Assembly: GCA_027319565.1 (NCBI GenBank) | Contig: DAHVNA010000023.1 | Span: 16,034 to 34,116 of the forward strand | Direction of reading: 5' to 3' | DNA: 18,083 nt | Source of the DNA: Elusimicrobiota bacterium | GTDB taxonomy: Bacteria > Elusimicrobiota > Elusimicrobia > UBA1565 > UBA9628 | Shown: positions 15,612 through 18,083 of the stretch, one piece after another | How positions within the stretch are numbered: position 1 is the first letter of the stretch | Layout: each line of letters starts with the position of its first letter | The notes under the pieces: model-generated | The model's database searches: none | The model's input: the letters and a program-made list of their open reading frames with translations, nothing else | What the model was told of the DNA's origin: nothing | Made by a program: the position numbers and the translations under genes

Positions 15612-16912
15612 GCCAAGGCGGCTTCATCGGTTCGCTCCCACAAGGTCGCTAATCCTTGCCCAACGCCGACACAGAGAGCGGAAACGCCCAGGCGCGCTTT
15701 TCGCCTTCTCATTTCATGAAGCAAGGTTGTCGCGATTCTCGCGCCGCTAGAGCCCAAGGGATGCCCAAGGGCGATCGCGCCGCCGTTGACATTGAGTTTT
15801 TCCAGGGGAATCTTAAGTTCTCGTTGACAGGCCAAAGCCTGGGCGGCAAAGGCTTCATTAATCTCAAAGAGGTCAATTTCGGAAATTTGAAGGTTTGCGC
15901 GTTTGAGAAGTTTTTGAATGGCCGCAATGGGGGCAATTCCCATGTAGGAGGGGTCTACTCCGACCGCGCTTGAGGCTCGCCAGTAGGCAAGAATTTTTAG
16001 ATTGCGTTTTTCGGCCAAGGCCGCATTCATCATGAGTAGAGCCGAGGCCCCATCATTAAGGCTTGAGCTATTTCCGGCGGTGACGCTTCCGCCGGGGCGG
16101 AACGCGGGTTTTAGAGAGCTCAATTTTTCTAAATTGGTGTCGGCTCTGGGGCCTTCATCTTTTAAGATCGTAGTGGAACTTTTTTTGGAGGAGATCTCAA
16201 TCGGGATGATTTCTTCCTTAAAAACCGATTCCGAGGCCGCAACCGCTCTTTGGTGGCTGAGAAGCGCGAATTCATCTTGGTCTTTGCGGGCGATTTGATA
16301 CTTTTCCGCCACGTTTTCCGCGGTCTCTCCCATGCTGTAGAGGGGAAACATTTCTTTCATTTTGGGGTTGGGAAACCGCCAGCCTAGCGCGGTGTCATAT
16401 GCGGTCAGATTTCCGAAGGGATAGGCCGATTCGGCTTTGGGAAGCGCCCAGGGAGCGCGGCTCATGCTTTCAACTCCGCCCGCGATATAGATTGCGCCTT
16501 CATTGGACATAATGGCGCGAGCCGCGCAGTTGATGGCTTCTAATCCCGAGGCGCACAGGCGATTGACGGTGCATCCTGGAACGCTCTGGGGAAGCCCGGC
16601 CAGTAAAAGCGCCATTCTCGCGACATTGCGATTATCTTCTCCGGCCTGATTGGCGCAGCCAAAATAGACATCCTCAATTTCTTGGGGAGAAATAGCGGGA
16701 ACTTTTTGAAGGAGGCTTTTAATCGCCTCGGCCGCGAGATCATCGGGCCGGACGGGAGACAAAACCCCTCCGATTTTTCCGATCGGCGTTCTCAGGGCCT
16801 CAATGGCCACCACTTCCGATGGGTTCATATGGAAATCTCCGATTTTTCGTCGTTTCGTTTGGACTCCGCGATTTCACTCATCGCCAGATCGGCGATTTTT
16901 TGAGCGGCGTTT
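14520..16912. repeat. Exact 22-bp direct repeat GGCGATTTTTTGAGCGGCGTTT at 14520-14541 and 16891-16912
   Basis: Read directly from the sequence. Both copies encode NAAQKIA on the minus strand, near the C-termini of WecB and the GT4. Confidence 0.85.
15608..16828 (-). CDS. Acetyl-CoA C-acyltransferase (thiolase), PcaF/PaaJ-like clade
   Basis: [22 protein letters not shown] (catalytic Cys), [35 protein letters not shown]. Confidence 0.93.
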   Translation of the reverse strand: MNPSEVVAIEALRTPIGKIGGVLSPVRPDDLAAEAIKSLLQKVPAISPQEIEDVYFGCANQAGEDNRNVARMALLLAGLPQSVPGCTVNRLCASGLEAINCAARAIMSNEGAIYIAGGVESMSRAPWALPKAESAYPFGNLTAYDTALGWRFPNPKMKEMFPLYSMGETAENVAEKYQIARKDQDEFALLSHQRAVAASESVFKEEIIPIEISSKKSSTTILKDEGPRADTNLEKLSSLKPAFRPGGSVTAGNSSSLNDGASALLMMNAALAEKRNLKILAYWRASSAVGVDPSYMGIAPIAAIQKLLKRANLQISEIDLFEINEAFAAQALACQRELKIPLEKLNVNGGAIALGHPLGSSGARIATTLLHEMRRRKARLGVSALCVGVGQGLATLWERTDEAALA

Positions 16913-18083
16913 TCAAAGCGCATTTTAGAGGCCGCCTGCTGGGAATGTATTCTCATTTTTTTAAGTTCCTCTTTGTCGGAAAGAAGGGCTTGTAAATGAA
17001 CGGAGAGAGAGGCCGGAGGCGTATAAGGGCCGCGGTAAGGCGCGATTCTCCCAAATTCCGGAGAAATCAAGTCCTTGGCTCCGTAATGGTCTCCGGCTAA
17101 AATAGGGCATCCTCCGGCCATCGCCTCGACAATCGTCAGACCATAGCTTTCATGGATTGAGGGCGAGATAAATAAATCCGAGACTTCAAAAAAAGCTTTT
17201 TTCCGGGGCGCAGACAAATATCCCGGGAAGAAAACTCGCGCGAGTTTAAGGTTTTTAGCCAGGCGGGAAATTTTGTCGGCATATGAGCGGCCTCGCATAA
17301 AGGCCGGTTCTCCGCAAATAAAAAGCCGAATTTGTCCTGCGAGATCGGGGCGTTTTTTCTCGAGGATTTGAACGGCTTTAAGTAAAATATCCAGCCCTTT
17401 TTCAGGAGAGATTCGGCTGACGGTCAGAAGAACATGGTTATCTTTGGATAATTGGTATTTTTCGGAAATATTTTTAACTTCTTCTTGGACCAATGCGGGT
17501 TCTATGGGTTCTGACCAGGTTCCCCAGGGGAGAACGATTCCCTTGGCGGACAATTCTTGGGCGGGCATGAGATGGGGGTAGTGAGACGCAAGTCTTTCTT
17601 TCATGGTTTGAGAGGGAAAGATAAGCCGTCTTGAACCCAGAACGATTTCTCGTTCTTTCTCGAAAACGAGTTTGAAAATATCGGGGACAAAACGCCGAGC
17701 CTTGGAGGTCCTTAATTTCTCGTAAATAGAGGTCAGCCAACGCCCTGGGATGATTTCTTTTAAATAGAGGCGGTTAAAATAATCGACGACATCAACATGC
17801 CAAAGAGACAAAATCGGATATCCGCGCCGGGACAATGCCGCGATATCGGGAGATTCGGAGATGTCGTTGACGATAATGCAGGTATTTTGAGGGGTAAATT
17901 CAGAAGCCCGGTCCAGGATCCAGCCAGCGCTTTTTTTTTCGAACCAGCGGGAAAAGCGCGCGTAGCGAAATTCGGATAAAAGAGAAATATGCTCGCCGGG
18001 AAAAAGCGGAGGCTTGAGCGCGGCATATGAAACTTGCGCGCTCGGGGGTTCGGGGCCGGAGCCCAAGCAAACAAAGTCGAAGT
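16825..18083 (-). CDS. Glycosyltransferase family 4 (GT-B), 5' end outside the window
   Basis: SRISPEKG, FPGY, PS.HESYGLTIVEAMAGG.P (E-x7-E). The frame stays open past TTG 18066 to the window edge (FDFVCLGSGP...). Confidence 0.9.
   Translation of the reverse strand, partial: FDFVCLGSGPEPPSAQVSYAALKPPLFPGEHISLLSEFRYARFSRWFEKKSAGWILDRASEFTPQNTCIIVNDISESPDIAALSRRGYPILSLWHVDVVDYFNRLYLKEIIPGRWLTSIYEKLRTSKARRFVPDIFKLVFEKEREIVLGSRRLIFPSQTMKERLASHYPHLMPAQELSAKGIVLPWGTWSEPIEPALVQEEVKNISEKYQLSKDNHVLLTVSRISPEKGLDILLKAVQILEKKRPDLAGQIRLFICGEPAFMRGRSYADKISRLAKNLKLARVFFPGYLSAPRKKAFFEVSDLFISPSIHESYGLTIVEAMAGGCPILAGDHYGAKDLISPEFGRIAPYRGPYTPPASLSVHLQALLSDKEELKKMRIHSQQAASKMRFENAAQKIADLAMSEIAESKRNDEKSEISI

Noticed and set aside
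17931..17939. A9 tract (minus strand) in the GT4 gene as a phase-variation site
   Set aside because: In frame (EKKS), and A/T runs of 6-7 are frequent across the window; no support without read-level length variation.
826..18074. Remaining short track ORFs nested in or antisense to the called genes
   Set aside because: All lie within well-supported CDSs and show no family motifs or independent expression signals.

Overview
Compact bacterial chromosomal window of housekeeping and cell-envelope genes, with no integrase, transposase or CRISPR array. In order: 3' end of RNase HI (missed by the ORF track), a convergent T4 endonuclease V-like glycosylase, an MFS transporter, a UDP-glucuronate decarboxylase, tRNA-Ser(GGA), two GT-C-fold membrane glycosyltransferases (one ArnT/PMT-like, one TMTC-like with TPRs), tmk-holB-metG, convergent tRNA-Leu(TAA)-psd-pssA, a WcaJ-like priming transferase, a WaaL-like ligase, rmlA/rfbA, and a convergent coupled GT4-thiolase-wecB unit. 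The most unusual signals are non-coding. (i) A 140-bp element duplicates the tRNA-Ser 3' end and folds by hand into a three-way junction with three tandem G.A pairs. (ii) Start codons lie 6-7 nt after tRNA 3' ends. (iii) An exact in-frame 22-bp repeat brackets the thiolase-wecB block. (iv) A 16-bp palindromic motif flanks the MFS gene on both sides. All calls come from reading the sequence and recognising motifs; no searches were run, so novelty is unverified.
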